From Erysipelotrichaceae bacterium (GTDB taxonomy: Bacteria; Bacillota_I; Bacilli_A; Erysipelotrichales; Erysipelotrichaceae): a stretch of 64,000 bases of DNA. The position numbers were made by a program, and so were the translations under genes. The notes below the pieces were generated by a model. That model searched no databases. It worked only from the letters and a program-made list of their open reading frames with translations, and was not told the origin of the DNA. The stretch spans positions 54,320-118,319 of the forward strand of contig JAFYHQ010000045.1 in the NCBI GenBank assembly GCA_017539105.1. The letters are read 5' to 3'. Below are positions 29,781 through 38,881 of the stretch, in pieces (the first letter of the stretch is position 1; every line of letters begins with the position of its first letter).

Positions 29781-31124
29781 TTAATCGGCTAATGATCCGA
29801 ACGGATCCCATGGATCGAGAACGATCGGTTTCTTTTCCAGTGCTTTCAGCTGTTTCTGGCTGAGATATTTCTTATGAACGACGGCTTCAAAGACATACTG
29901 ATCGAACCAGCTGTCGGAACAGATGTAGTAACCCTTGTTGGCGGACTTGTCGCCCCAGGAATTTTCGATCTTCCAGCGGGTCGGCTTATTCTTTACAAGA
30001 TTGACTCCGGTAAAGACCATTGCGTGATTCATTGCAGATTCTCTCGCATCCAGCATATCCGCTTTGGACATTCCGAGATCCATATCGAAGGTTTTCTCAT
30101 AATCCATAAGATCGTCATCCCAGAGACCCAGCTGCCGGTCTCCGTCCTTGCCGCAGTCGCAGCCGAACCAGACGATCTCTTTTTCTTTCAGCTGTTTCAG
30201 GATCAGATTCTTGAAATCATCCAGAGGAAGATTCAGGTAGAAGACTTCGTTTTCCGTTCCTGCGACATTCCCCAGGTATTTTACAGTATAGGTCTGGTAG
30301 TATTTCTTGTCATCGGTCGGACCGTTGATGATGCCTACATAATCATCGAGATCGACGCCAAGATACTTTTCATACATCTCCTGCGGAGTCACATCGTAAT
30401 AGGCATGATACTTGTCTTTCTTGTCGTAGTATTCGAAGGTGAATGTCTTCGGAGGAACGCCGAAGCAGTCGCATAACAGTCCGTAGCATTCTTTCAGGCA
30501 CTGATCTTTCATTTCTTTGATCTGTGTGTCTTTTTCTTTTTCAGGGACTTTCTTGAGATCAGTCGCAAACTTTCTCAGACGCCGGTTGATGATTCCATTC
30601 ATCGCTCTTGTATGGGAAGACTGGTACGTTTCCGGCATGGCTGTCTTCGGACAGAGACCATATTTCTTGACCAGGGATACCATCATATCCCACTGTCCGC
30701 CGTCACCGATCGCCGTCTGCAGAAGATAGCGTACGGTTTCATCATTCAAAGGCGTATCGGCTTCTTTGATCATGCATTCCAGGAAATAGTTGATCTTCTC
30801 CAGCTTGTCGTAGAAAGCGATGTAGTTCTGCGAGAATTCGAACTGTTCCTTGATGTTGTATTTTTTGGCCAGGATCTCTCTTAAGATCGTCATCGAGGAG
30901 AACAGCCAGCAGCGTCCTGAGGACATCTGGTTGTTTACAGGAAGCGTTTCGATGTCGATGGAGAAGAAATTGGGGTTCTCCGCTTTGGCTTCCAGGCGTC
31001 TTGAAATCAGTGTGAGATCGTTTTCTGTCAGTGCATTGCGAACCACTCTGGCTTTTTCGTCTTTGAGATATTCTTTGTTTAGTTCTTCAAGAAATTTCTT
31101 GCTGATTGCGTGTAGTTTTGCCAT
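29781..31124 (-). CDS. pepC: Aminopeptidase C (C1-family bleomycin-hydrolase-like)
   Basis: The catalytic Cys motif QMSSGRCWLFS, a 447-aa length and the C-terminal ...WDPFGSLA, which is typical of PepC. Confidence 0.9.
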   Translation of the reverse strand: MAKLHAISKKFLEELNKEYLKDEKARVVRNALTENDLTLISRRLEAKAENPNFFSIDIETLPVNNQMSSGRCWLFSSMTILREILAKKYNIKEQFEFSQNYIAFYDKLEKINYFLECMIKEADTPLNDETVRYLLQTAIGDGGQWDMMVSLVKKYGLCPKTAMPETYQSSHTRAMNGIINRRLRKFATDLKKVPEKEKDTQIKEMKDQCLKECYGLLCDCFGVPPKTFTFEYYDKKDKYHAYYDVTPQEMYEKYLGVDLDDYVGIINGPTDDKKYYQTYTVKYLGNVAGTENEVFYLNLPLDDFKNLILKQLKEKEIVWFGCDCGKDGDRQLGLWDDDLMDYEKTFDMDLGMSKADMLDARESAMNHAMVFTGVNLVKNKPTRWKIENSWGDKSANKGYYICSDSWFDQYVFEAVVHKKYLSQKQLKALEKKPIVLDPWDPFGSLAD

Positions 31125-31340
31125 ATGTTATCCCTCTTTCACTATCCATCTTAACATGATTATCTAAAAGTCGTCTGAATGATGAAATAAAGCAAATAAT
31201 GAATGACTCGATATATGCTTATATTTCCCAAGTTTCATATCAGAAAAAAACACATTCTACAGGAAATAGCTCTATTGTGGAATATACCCTTATGATTTAA
31301 AATATTATTATTGATAAATGCTACATTTGGAGGTTTTATA

Positions 31341-32660
31341 ATGGCTATCACAACAGTAATCAAATATGAAGGGGATAACAGTACCTTTATCTGGAAGCAT
31401 CCTACGGTAAACTTTAATAGCATGACCCAGCTGATCGTCTATGAATCGCAGGAAGCTGTTTTCATGATGAACGGCATGATCATGGATACTTTCGGTCCCG
31501 GAAAGTACAACCTGGATACCGAATCGCTGCCGATATTAGGTAAATTTGTCGATAATCTGGTCTATGGCGATTCATCCTTTACGGCAGATGTTTATTTCAT
31601 CAATCAGACCGTACAGATGGCTCTGAAATGGGGCACATCGCCAAAAGTAAGGTTCATTGAACCAAATACAGGCATTCCTTTGGAAATCGGCGCTTCAGGA
31701 AATCTCAATCTGAGAGTGAAAGATTCCAAGAAGCTGCTGGTCAAGCTGGTAGGAACGACTTCAGGCGTTGCCTGGGACAGCAAAGATTCCACCGATCTGA
31801 GGAAATCATCTGATTCTTCCAATCTGACAAAATCATTGCAGGATCTGTTCAGACCTCTAATCAATACAGCTTTCAGAGTGAATTTCGCTCCGATCGTCAA
31901 AGAAAACAACATCAATATCATCGAGATCGATCAGCACGTCGAACAGCTCGCAAAACCGATGCATGAGAAAATCAACGAAGGTTTTGAAGAGTACGGACTG
32001 TCTGTCGTCGATTTCTATATCACCGATATCGTTCTTCCTGAAGAAGACAGGAACTTCAAGAGAATCAAGGATATCATGGCTTCTTCTTATCTGGGTGTAA
32101 AAGAAGCCCAAGTAGAAGCAGATATCATTGCCGCAAGAAGACTAGCTGAATTGGAACAGGAGCAAACCGCTACTGCGAAGAAGAAAATGGAATTAGAAAG
32201 AGAACTACTGCAGGCGCAGCTGGATGCTCAGAAGACGAAACTATCCGGATTAGCTGAAGCAGAAGTCATGGCTGCCCAAGGCGTGACTAAGAAAGACTAC
32301 CTGCAGGCGGATGTTCAGAAAGCATATGCGGAAGGTTTAGGGAAAGCAGGTTCCAATGGGGGCACAGGGCCATCGATTGCCGGAGACATGATGCAGATGC
32401 AGATGGGCATGATGGCAGCGAATGCGATGTCCGGTCAGATGAAAGAAATGATGTCGGGAATGACTGAGAATGATGCACAGCCTCAACAAGCAAATGTCGT
32501 ATATTGTCCGAACTGTGGCGCTCAGCTTCCAGCTGGAGCGAAATTCTGTATGTCTTGTGGTCAGCCGTTGATAGCAAGTGATAAATGTCCGAATTGCGGA
32601 AGCGAGATTCCAGAAGGTGCGAAATTCTGCCTGAACTGCGGAACAAAGATTGGAGAATAA
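31341..32660 (+). CDS. SPFH-like domain protein with a C-terminal double zinc ribbon (COG4260-type: stomatin/prohibitin-like with C-terminal Zn-ribbon; YdjI-like)
   Basis: The N-terminal ~300 aa carry an SPFH-like fold signature (TVIKYEGDNSTFIWKHP...). A coiled coil follows, then two CxxC...CxxC pairs (CPNCGAQL..CMSCG; CPNCGSEI..CLNCG). RBS GGAGG precedes the ATG at 31341. Confidence 0.7.
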   Translation: MAITTVIKYEGDNSTFIWKHPTVNFNSMTQLIVYESQEAVFMMNGMIMDTFGPGKYNLDTESLPILGKFVDNLVYGDSSFTADVYFINQTVQMALKWGTSPKVRFIEPNTGIPLEIGASGNLNLRVKDSKKLLVKLVGTTSGVAWDSKDSTDLRKSSDSSNLTKSLQDLFRPLINTAFRVNFAPIVKENNINIIEIDQHVEQLAKPMHEKINEGFEEYGLSVVDFYITDIVLPEEDRNFKRIKDIMASSYLGVKEAQVEADIIAARRLAELEQEQTATAKKKMELERELLQAQLDAQKTKLSGLAEAEVMAAQGVTKKDYLQADVQKAYAEGLGKAGSNGGTGPSIAGDMMQMQMGMMAANAMSGQMKEMMSGMTENDAQPQQANVVYCPNCGAQLPAGAKFCMSCGQPLIASDKCPNCGSEIPEGAKFCLNCGTKIGE

Positions 32661-32662
32661 AT

Positions 32663-33664
32663 ATGTCAAAAAAGTTTATCATTTTTCTGACTCTATGGCT
32701 TGTTGCTGTAGCAACACTGAATACTTTGGCTTGGACTCTTGATATCGATAGAGATAAGCTTTTTATCATCAACTACGTTATTCTGAATGTTACCTGGCTG
32801 TTGCAGCTGATCATTTCAATATTCAAGAGACGCAAAGAAGAAGATTTTTCCAGCTTGAAGTTTTTGATCTATCAGGTCGTTCTTTTGGTGATTCTGTCGC
32901 TTCTGGCAGTCTATTACAAGTTTGATTGGAAAGCATTACTGGTTCTGGCGCTTCTCTACTTGAGTATCGTCAGCGGATCAAAAGGCTATAATGCCTATCT
33001 GATTGCCTGGATGGTCATCTTCGTTGCGACTGTAGTGATCTACAGGGTCATTCCGAATGAGGAAGGCGATGTATTCGATGTCGGGTACACTGTTATGATC
33101 ATTGCTCTGGTCATCCAGCTGATCATATCTTATTTTGCTTTACTGAATAAAGAAAGAGATGTTGCGATTCCAACATTCATCATTTCGGTTATAGGATTGG
33201 TCGTGCTGGCGGCGTTCGATCTGGCAATGATCGAATATCTGTATAATCCTGCATTCCGCTACTTTATCATGACTCACGCTTATTTACGCATCTTTATCTT
33301 CAGAATCGCGGATCTGGGAAGCTGGGGGTTTGCTGTAGTCAATGTCGTTGTGCTGGCTTTGCAGTATCTTGTTACTCTGGCAGTCAATATCGGTCAGAAG
33401 AAGAATGTCGAGAGAGACAGACACTTTGTCGAAAAGACTGAAACCATGAGCTCATTAGCAAACAAAGTCAAGAAAATGGCGGACAGTACCGGAAACGAAG
33501 ACATCGGACGTCTCTACGAAGCGCTGCGTCTTGCCGATAAAGCTTCAAAGAACAGCGAAATCGAAAACAGAATCGCAGAAGAGGTCGCTAGACTTAAGAC
33601 TGTTGATTCAAATGAAATGAAAGAAGAAGTTGACTTGATCATCTCGCTGCTGAACGAGAGATAG
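32663..33664 (+). CDS. Polytopic membrane protein (6-7 TM) with a C-terminal cytoplasmic helical tail; co-operonic with the SPFH-Zn-ribbon gene and the TIR genes
   Basis: ATG at 32663 lies 3 nt after the previous stop. It is hydrophobic up to about residue 270, then charged and helical. The next gene starts 33 nt downstream with no terminator between them. Confidence 0.55.
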   Translation: MSKKFIIFLTLWLVAVATLNTLAWTLDIDRDKLFIINYVILNVTWLLQLIISIFKRRKEEDFSSLKFLIYQVVLLVILSLLAVYYKFDWKALLVLALLYLSIVSGSKGYNAYLIAWMVIFVATVVIYRVIPNEEGDVFDVGYTVMIIALVIQLIISYFALLNKERDVAIPTFIISVIGLVVLAAFDLAMIEYLYNPAFRYFIMTHAYLRIFIFRIADLGSWGFAVVNVVVLALQYLVTLAVNIGQKKNVERDRHFVEKTETMSSLANKVKKMADSTGNEDIGRLYEALRLADKASKNSEIENRIAEEVARLKTVDSNEMKEEVDLIISLLNER

Positions 33665-33697
33665 ATTTCTGATCTATAAAAAAAGGGGAACAATAAT

Positions 33698-36600
33698 ATG
33701 CCTGTTTTGAAGTGCAAAATGTGTGGTGGCGACCTGAATGTCACCGATGACTCGGGTGTCGTTGTTTGCGAATACTGTGGAACAAAACAAACCATATCCC
33801 GCACAAATGATGATGTAATAAATAACCTATACAACAGAGCCAATAACCTTCGCTTGAAAAATGAATTTGATAAAGCTCAGAATGTTTATGAGAAGATCAT
33901 TGAACAAGACGCTGACGATGCGGAAGCTTATTGGTCTTTGGTGCTGTGCAAATACGGTATCGAATATGTAGAGGATCCTTTATCACATAAAAGAGTGCCT
34001 ACCGTAAACAGGACACAATACACATCGATCTTTGCGGATCACGATTATAAAGAAGCAATCAGCCGTGCCAATCCTGAGCAAAAGATCGTCTATGAACAGG
34101 AAGCTCAAGCTATTGATAAAATTCAGAAAGGTATCTTGGAAATATCCAAAAAGGAAGAACCTTTCGATATCTTTATTTGTTACAAAGAAACAGATGAAAA
34201 AGGCCACAGAACAATTGACTCCGTAATTGCGAACGATTTATATCATGAACTCGTTAACGAAGGATACAAAGTATTTTTCTCGAAAATCACATTGGAAGAT
34301 AAACTGGGCGAAGCATATGAACCATATATTTTTGCGGCACTCAATTCTGCCAAAGTCATGGTCGTGTTAGGAACGAAAGCAGATTATTTCAACGCAGTAT
34401 GGGTTAAAAATGAATGGTCAAGATATCTTCAGCTGATTGCTAAAGGCGAAAAGAAGACGCTCATTCCTGCATATAGAGATATGGATCCATATGATTTGCC
34501 GGAAGAGTTCGCTTATCTGCAGGCACTTGATATGTCCAAGATCGGTTTTGTGCAGGATCTGCTTAGAGGCATACGAAAACTGGTTGCTACCGAAGAGAAA
34601 AATGATACAAGAGAGATTATCGTTGAGAATCATAATGCTAACGCAGAACCTTTGCTGAAGCGTGCATTCATCTTTCTGGAAGACGGCAATTTCCAAAGTG
34701 CCGACGAATACTGTGACAAAGTTCTTGATATCGATCCAGAAAACGGAAAAGCCTATCTTGGAAAACTGATGGTTCAGCAAAAGATGAACACGGTTTCTGC
34801 TTTATTAGAAAATTATGAACATCTCTATGGTGATCCTGATTATGAAAGAACTAGTATTTCTGAGGTGATGGATGACTATCAGGATATCATTGCATCTAAA
34901 GTTGAAGAATATACGATTCCATCTTATCTGGAAGAAGATAAGTTAAAAGAATTATTCAGGAAATACAATACCAGCTATGATTCCAAAGTACCTGGGCTTG
35001 AGAAACAGAAAGAAATGATAATCAATCTGTTCAATGATGACCGCTCCATCTCAAAGATTCGACGTTATGGCAATCAAGATATTACATCGCTCTTTGATAA
35101 AGTAATCGAGTCTTATGATAAACGGATCGAAGAAGCAAAAGACAACGACAAAGAAACGATCGCTTTGATCAAACAGGGAGTCGTTGACTTCATGAACGAA
35201 ACTGAGGACTCAATTAAGAACCTATATGATGAGGAATCAAAAAAACGTGAAGAGGATTATGAAAAAGCGGTCGAAGATTATGAAAAGACAAATCTCATTG
35301 ACGTATTGAAGCAGAATATTGAAGTTTTCACTAAATGTGGTGATTATCGCGATAGTAAAGAGTATATCGAGAGATGCAACGTCAAGATCGCTGAGCTGAA
35401 AGAACAGCACAAGCGGGAAGAGGAAGCTGCAGCCAAGAAAAAACAGAAAACGATCTTGCTGACGGTTGCTGCAGTTATTCTGTCTATCATTGCTTTTGTG
35501 TTCTATCAGAACGTCATCCTGCCAAACAACAAGTATAATCAGGCTCATATGTATGTCGAGAACGGCGAATATGAACAAGCTGTCGCAATATATAAAGAAC
35601 TAGGTGAATACAGAGACTGTCAGGAGCTGTATAAAGATGCGTTCTATAAGCAAGGACAGGACGCTTTGCAAAAAGAAAACTATGAAACTGCAATCGCTGT
35701 TTTCACTGAATTAGGAACTTATGAAGCATCCGGTGAGAATCTGAAGCAAGCAATATATGGGTATGCGTTAAGTCTTGTGGAAAAACTGAATTATGACGAG
35801 GCGTTAGAAGAGTTCGATCTCATAAATGAATATAAAGATGTTGCTGATAAGATTCTTGATACAAAATACCATAAAGCGCAGTATCTATATGAACAGAAGA
35901 AATATGATGATGCAATAGCTTTGTTTACAGAGATAGTAGATTATGAGGATTCGAATAACTTTATTCTTAAGGTCAAATATGATAAAGCACTTTGGCTGCT
36001 TGAGAATAAAAACTATGATGAATCTATCGCGCTGTTTGATGAGATATCCGGATTTGAAGATGCTGCCAAACAAAAGAAAGAAGCAGAGAAAGAAAAAGAT
36101 AAAAACACGGTCAAGATCCCTTCTGTCTTGGATAAGAGTCAGGAGAAAGCCGAATCCTTACTGAAAGAGGCAGATCTGAAATATACAGTTAAAACCGATA
36201 CATCGCAGAATCAAGTGCCGGGAACTGTTATCAAAGTCAGCCCTGATCAGGGAACGCGTGTAATGAAAGGCTCCACTGTTACAATTACAGTTGCTAAAGG
36301 ATCATCGCAGTATTCTACTTATGCTGGCGATAATAATAACAACGTTTTATATCAGGTCAACGTATCTGGAGGTGTCAGCGATCTGAAGATCAGAAGCGCT
36401 CCGACAGCGATGGATAACAATATCCTGGATAAAGCTAAAACCGGTCAAATATTTAATGTGTATGAAACGCTTTCCAACGAAGGTTACACATGGCTGAGAA
36501 TCGGAAACAAGAGATGGATCGCCGATAATGGATCTTGGGTATATAGAGACACCAAGTGCGACAATAGAAATGGCAATTTCACTTTTGTTACAGCTACAAT

Positions 36601-36802
36601 CAGCGATCCGGACAACGACCATGTCAGTCTTTATGATAATCCTGTAGGAAATGAAAACATGAGAAACTGGGTTGGCAGCGTTTATAACGGAGAAACAGTC
36701 AAAGTATATTTCCGTTTCCATGATGGCACTTACTGGTGGTATAAAGTCGGCGTCGATCGTTGGATTAAGGATAGCGGTGAAGGCAGGGTCAAGATTAACT
36801 AG
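33698..36802 (+). CDS. Single-pass membrane TIR-domain protein, paralog A: cytoplasmic Zn-ribbon + helical module + TIR; TM; extracellular TPR-like repeats + PASTA + 2x SH3b
   Basis: Zn-ribbon CKMCGG...CEYCGT. TIR signature FDIFICYKETDEKG...SAKVMVVLGTKADYFNAVWVKNEWSRYL, with the alpha-C Glu of the SxW..E motif conserved. Single TM TILLTVAAVILSIIAFVFY at about aa 584. PASTA-like segment (TVKIPSVLDKSQEKAESLLKEADLKYTV...GSTVTITVAKG). Two SH3_3-like segments (...IRSAPTAMDNNILDKAKTGQIFNVYETLSNEGYTWLRIGNKRWIADNG...). Confidence 0.8.
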   Translation: MPVLKCKMCGGDLNVTDDSGVVVCEYCGTKQTISRTNDDVINNLYNRANNLRLKNEFDKAQNVYEKIIEQDADDAEAYWSLVLCKYGIEYVEDPLSHKRVPTVNRTQYTSIFADHDYKEAISRANPEQKIVYEQEAQAIDKIQKGILEISKKEEPFDIFICYKETDEKGHRTIDSVIANDLYHELVNEGYKVFFSKITLEDKLGEAYEPYIFAALNSAKVMVVLGTKADYFNAVWVKNEWSRYLQLIAKGEKKTLIPAYRDMDPYDLPEEFAYLQALDMSKIGFVQDLLRGIRKLVATEEKNDTREIIVENHNANAEPLLKRAFIFLEDGNFQSADEYCDKVLDIDPENGKAYLGKLMVQQKMNTVSALLENYEHLYGDPDYERTSISEVMDDYQDIIASKVEEYTIPSYLEEDKLKELFRKYNTSYDSKVPGLEKQKEMIINLFNDDRSISKIRRYGNQDITSLFDKVIESYDKRIEEAKDNDKETIALIKQGVVDFMNETEDSIKNLYDEESKKREEDYEKAVEDYEKTNLIDVLKQNIEVFTKCGDYRDSKEYIERCNVKIAELKEQHKREEEAAAKKKQKTILLTVAAVILSIIAFVFYQNVILPNNKYNQAHMYVENGEYEQAVAIYKELGEYRDCQELYKDAFYKQGQDALQKENYETAIAVFTELGTYEASGENLKQAIYGYALSLVEKLNYDEALEEFDLINEYKDVADKILDTKYHKAQYLYEQKKYDDAIALFTEIVDYEDSNNFILKVKYDKALWLLENKNYDESIALFDEISGFEDAAKQKKEAEKEKDKNTVKIPSVLDKSQEKAESLLKEADLKYTVKTDTSQNQVPGTVIKVSPDQGTRVMKGSTVTITVAKGSSQYSTYAGDNNNNVLYQVNVSGGVSDLKIRSAPTAMDNNILDKAKTGQIFNVYETLSNEGYTWLRIGNKRWIADNGSWVYRDTKCDNRNGNFTFVTATISDPDNDHVSLYDNPVGNENMRNWVGSVYNGETVKVYFRFHDGTYWWYKVGVDRWIKDSGEGRVKIN

Positions 36803-36838
36803 CGGCAGATTTGTTTATAAGCATATATTCAAGGGGGT

Positions 36839-38848
36839 ATGATGATGTTTTTGAAGTGCAAAATGTGTGGCGGAGACTTGAATATTGATAAAGGTGCTAC
36901 CACATGTAAATGTGAATATTGCGGTACGATTCAGACGATACCTGTATTGGACGACGAAAAGAAGAACAAACTTTTCGAAAGAGCCAACAGATTGCGTTTC
37001 AATAACGAATTCGATAAAGCTTATTCCGTCTATCATGACATCATAAACGACTTCCCGACAGAAGCAGAAGCCTACTGGGGGCTGCTTCTGTGCAAATACG
37101 GCATCGAATATGTTGAAGACCCTTATACTCACAAAAGGATCCCTACATGCCATAGATCTTCCTTTGAATCCATCTTTGATGATGATACTTTTGAAATGGT
37201 CATGGAGAATGCCGATGTCGTTGCCAGGGAGATCTACAGGAACGAAGCCAAGGCAATTGAAGAATTGCGGAAAAAGATCATTGAAGTCTCCAATAAGGAA
37301 GAACCATATGACATCTTTATCTGTTATAAAGAAGCCGATGAACAGAATAACAGGACGATAGATTCTGTCATAGCGCAGGATGTTTATAATGCTTTGACCG
37401 AAAAAGGCTACAGAGTGTTCTTCTCAAGGATCTCTCTTGAAGATAAACTGGGGCAGGAATATGAACCATACATTTTTGCAGCGCTGAACAGTGCGAAAGT
37501 CATGCTGGTATTCGGCACCAAGTATGATTATTTCAATGCTGTCTGGGTCAAGAATGAATGGTCAAGATATCTGCAGCTTATAGCTAAAGGCGAAAAGAAG
37601 ACACTCATACCATGTTACAGAGATATCGACGCCTATGACATGCCGAAAGAATTCCAGCATCTCCAGGCACAGGATATGGGCAAGGTAGGAGCGATACAGG
37701 ATCTGCTGCGAGGGATCGAAAAGGTCATGCCGAAGCAGGAAAAGACCGTTGTCAAGGAAACGGTTGCTGATCATGTTGAAACGGTTAAAAAAATAGAAAC
37801 CCCTGTAGAAGAAAAGCCGGTTGAGAAACAAAAGAAATCGTCCCTGGCCTTAATACTTTTCATCGTAGCCTGCATCGTAGTTGCTGCACTGGTACCGACA
37901 GTTATCATTCCGAAGTACAAATATAACAAAGCGATGGATTTGTTAGAATCCGGCAGTTATGAAGCCGCATATGCGATCCTGGAGGAAATAGGGAATGTTG
38001 AAGCGATTGCCTCAAACAAATATGATCGTGCGATCGCTTTGCTGGAATCCGGTGATTTTGAAAAAGCATACGCACTTCTGGAAGAGATCGGGAACGTTGA
38101 AGCAATTGCATCGAATATGTATGATCGTGCAGTCGCCTCGATCAATACCAGAGATTATGAAACAGCCTATATGCTGCTGAATGGACTGGATTATAAGGAC
38201 AGCGCAGACTTGCTGGATTCCATCCTTCCGGAATATCAGAGATTATTGATTTCCAGAGCGGAAGTTGGTTCTTATGTTTCGTTTGGTTCCTACGAACAAG
38301 ACAATAATACCGCAAACGGACAAGAAGAAATCGAATGGCTCGTGCTTTCAAAAGAAGGCGGTCTGATATGGCTGGTAAGCAGGTATGCTTTGGATTGCAA
38401 GCCATTCAATTACTCGCTTACTGATGTCACTTGGGAGACCTGCTCATTGCGCTCATGGCTGAATGATTCGTTCTATCATAACGCATTTGATTCGACGGAA
38501 CAGCAGATCATTGCCAGTAAATATGTAAGTGCCGACAGGAATCCTGACTATGCGGTTTCTTCCGGCAACAGCACGACAGATAAAGTGTTCCTGTTAAGCG
38601 TTTCAGAAGTAAACAGATATCTGGGATCTAATTCTGCAAGAACATGCTCCGGAACGGATTATGCATATGCACAAGGCGCATATAAGAGCAATGCAGGAAA
38701 TTGCTGGTGGTGGCTTCGTACGCATGGCGGAAGTTCCAGTTATGCCGTGAATGTCTGGGATTACGGCGCAATCGACAGCTATGGAGGCTGGGTCGACAAT
38801 AACAAATGTGGTATCCGTCCTGCGATATGTATCGAAATGGGATATTAG
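36839..38848 (+). CDS. Single-pass membrane TIR-domain protein, paralog B: same cytoplasmic Zn-ribbon + TIR module; TM; extracellular 33-aa tandem repeats + C-terminal CWWWLR...GIRPA domain (DUF6273-like)
   Basis: The N-terminal 300 aa are ~65% identical to paralog A (MCGGDLN..CEYCGT, AEAYWGLLLCKYGIEYVEDP, TIR PYDIFICYKEADEQ...NAVWVKNEWSRYLQL). TM is LALILFIVACIVVAALVPTVII. Two tandem 99-bp repeats lie at 37940-38137. The C-terminus carries a CWWWLR...NKCGIRPAICIE motif. Confidence 0.8.
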   Translation: MMMFLKCKMCGGDLNIDKGATTCKCEYCGTIQTIPVLDDEKKNKLFERANRLRFNNEFDKAYSVYHDIINDFPTEAEAYWGLLLCKYGIEYVEDPYTHKRIPTCHRSSFESIFDDDTFEMVMENADVVAREIYRNEAKAIEELRKKIIEVSNKEEPYDIFICYKEADEQNNRTIDSVIAQDVYNALTEKGYRVFFSRISLEDKLGQEYEPYIFAALNSAKVMLVFGTKYDYFNAVWVKNEWSRYLQLIAKGEKKTLIPCYRDIDAYDMPKEFQHLQAQDMGKVGAIQDLLRGIEKVMPKQEKTVVKETVADHVETVKKIETPVEEKPVEKQKKSSLALILFIVACIVVAALVPTVIIPKYKYNKAMDLLESGSYEAAYAILEEIGNVEAIASNKYDRAIALLESGDFEKAYALLEEIGNVEAIASNMYDRAVASINTRDYETAYMLLNGLDYKDSADLLDSILPEYQRLLISRAEVGSYVSFGSYEQDNNTANGQEEIEWLVLSKEGGLIWLVSRYALDCKPFNYSLTDVTWETCSLRSWLNDSFYHNAFDSTEQQIIASKYVSADRNPDYAVSSGNSTTDKVFLLSVSEVNRYLGSNSARTCSGTDYAYAQGAYKSNAGNCWWWLRTHGGSSSYAVNVWDYGAIDSYGGWVDNNKCGIRPAICIEMGY

Positions 38849-38881
38849 GATTTCATGTATCTGATTAGGAGTTAATCAATT

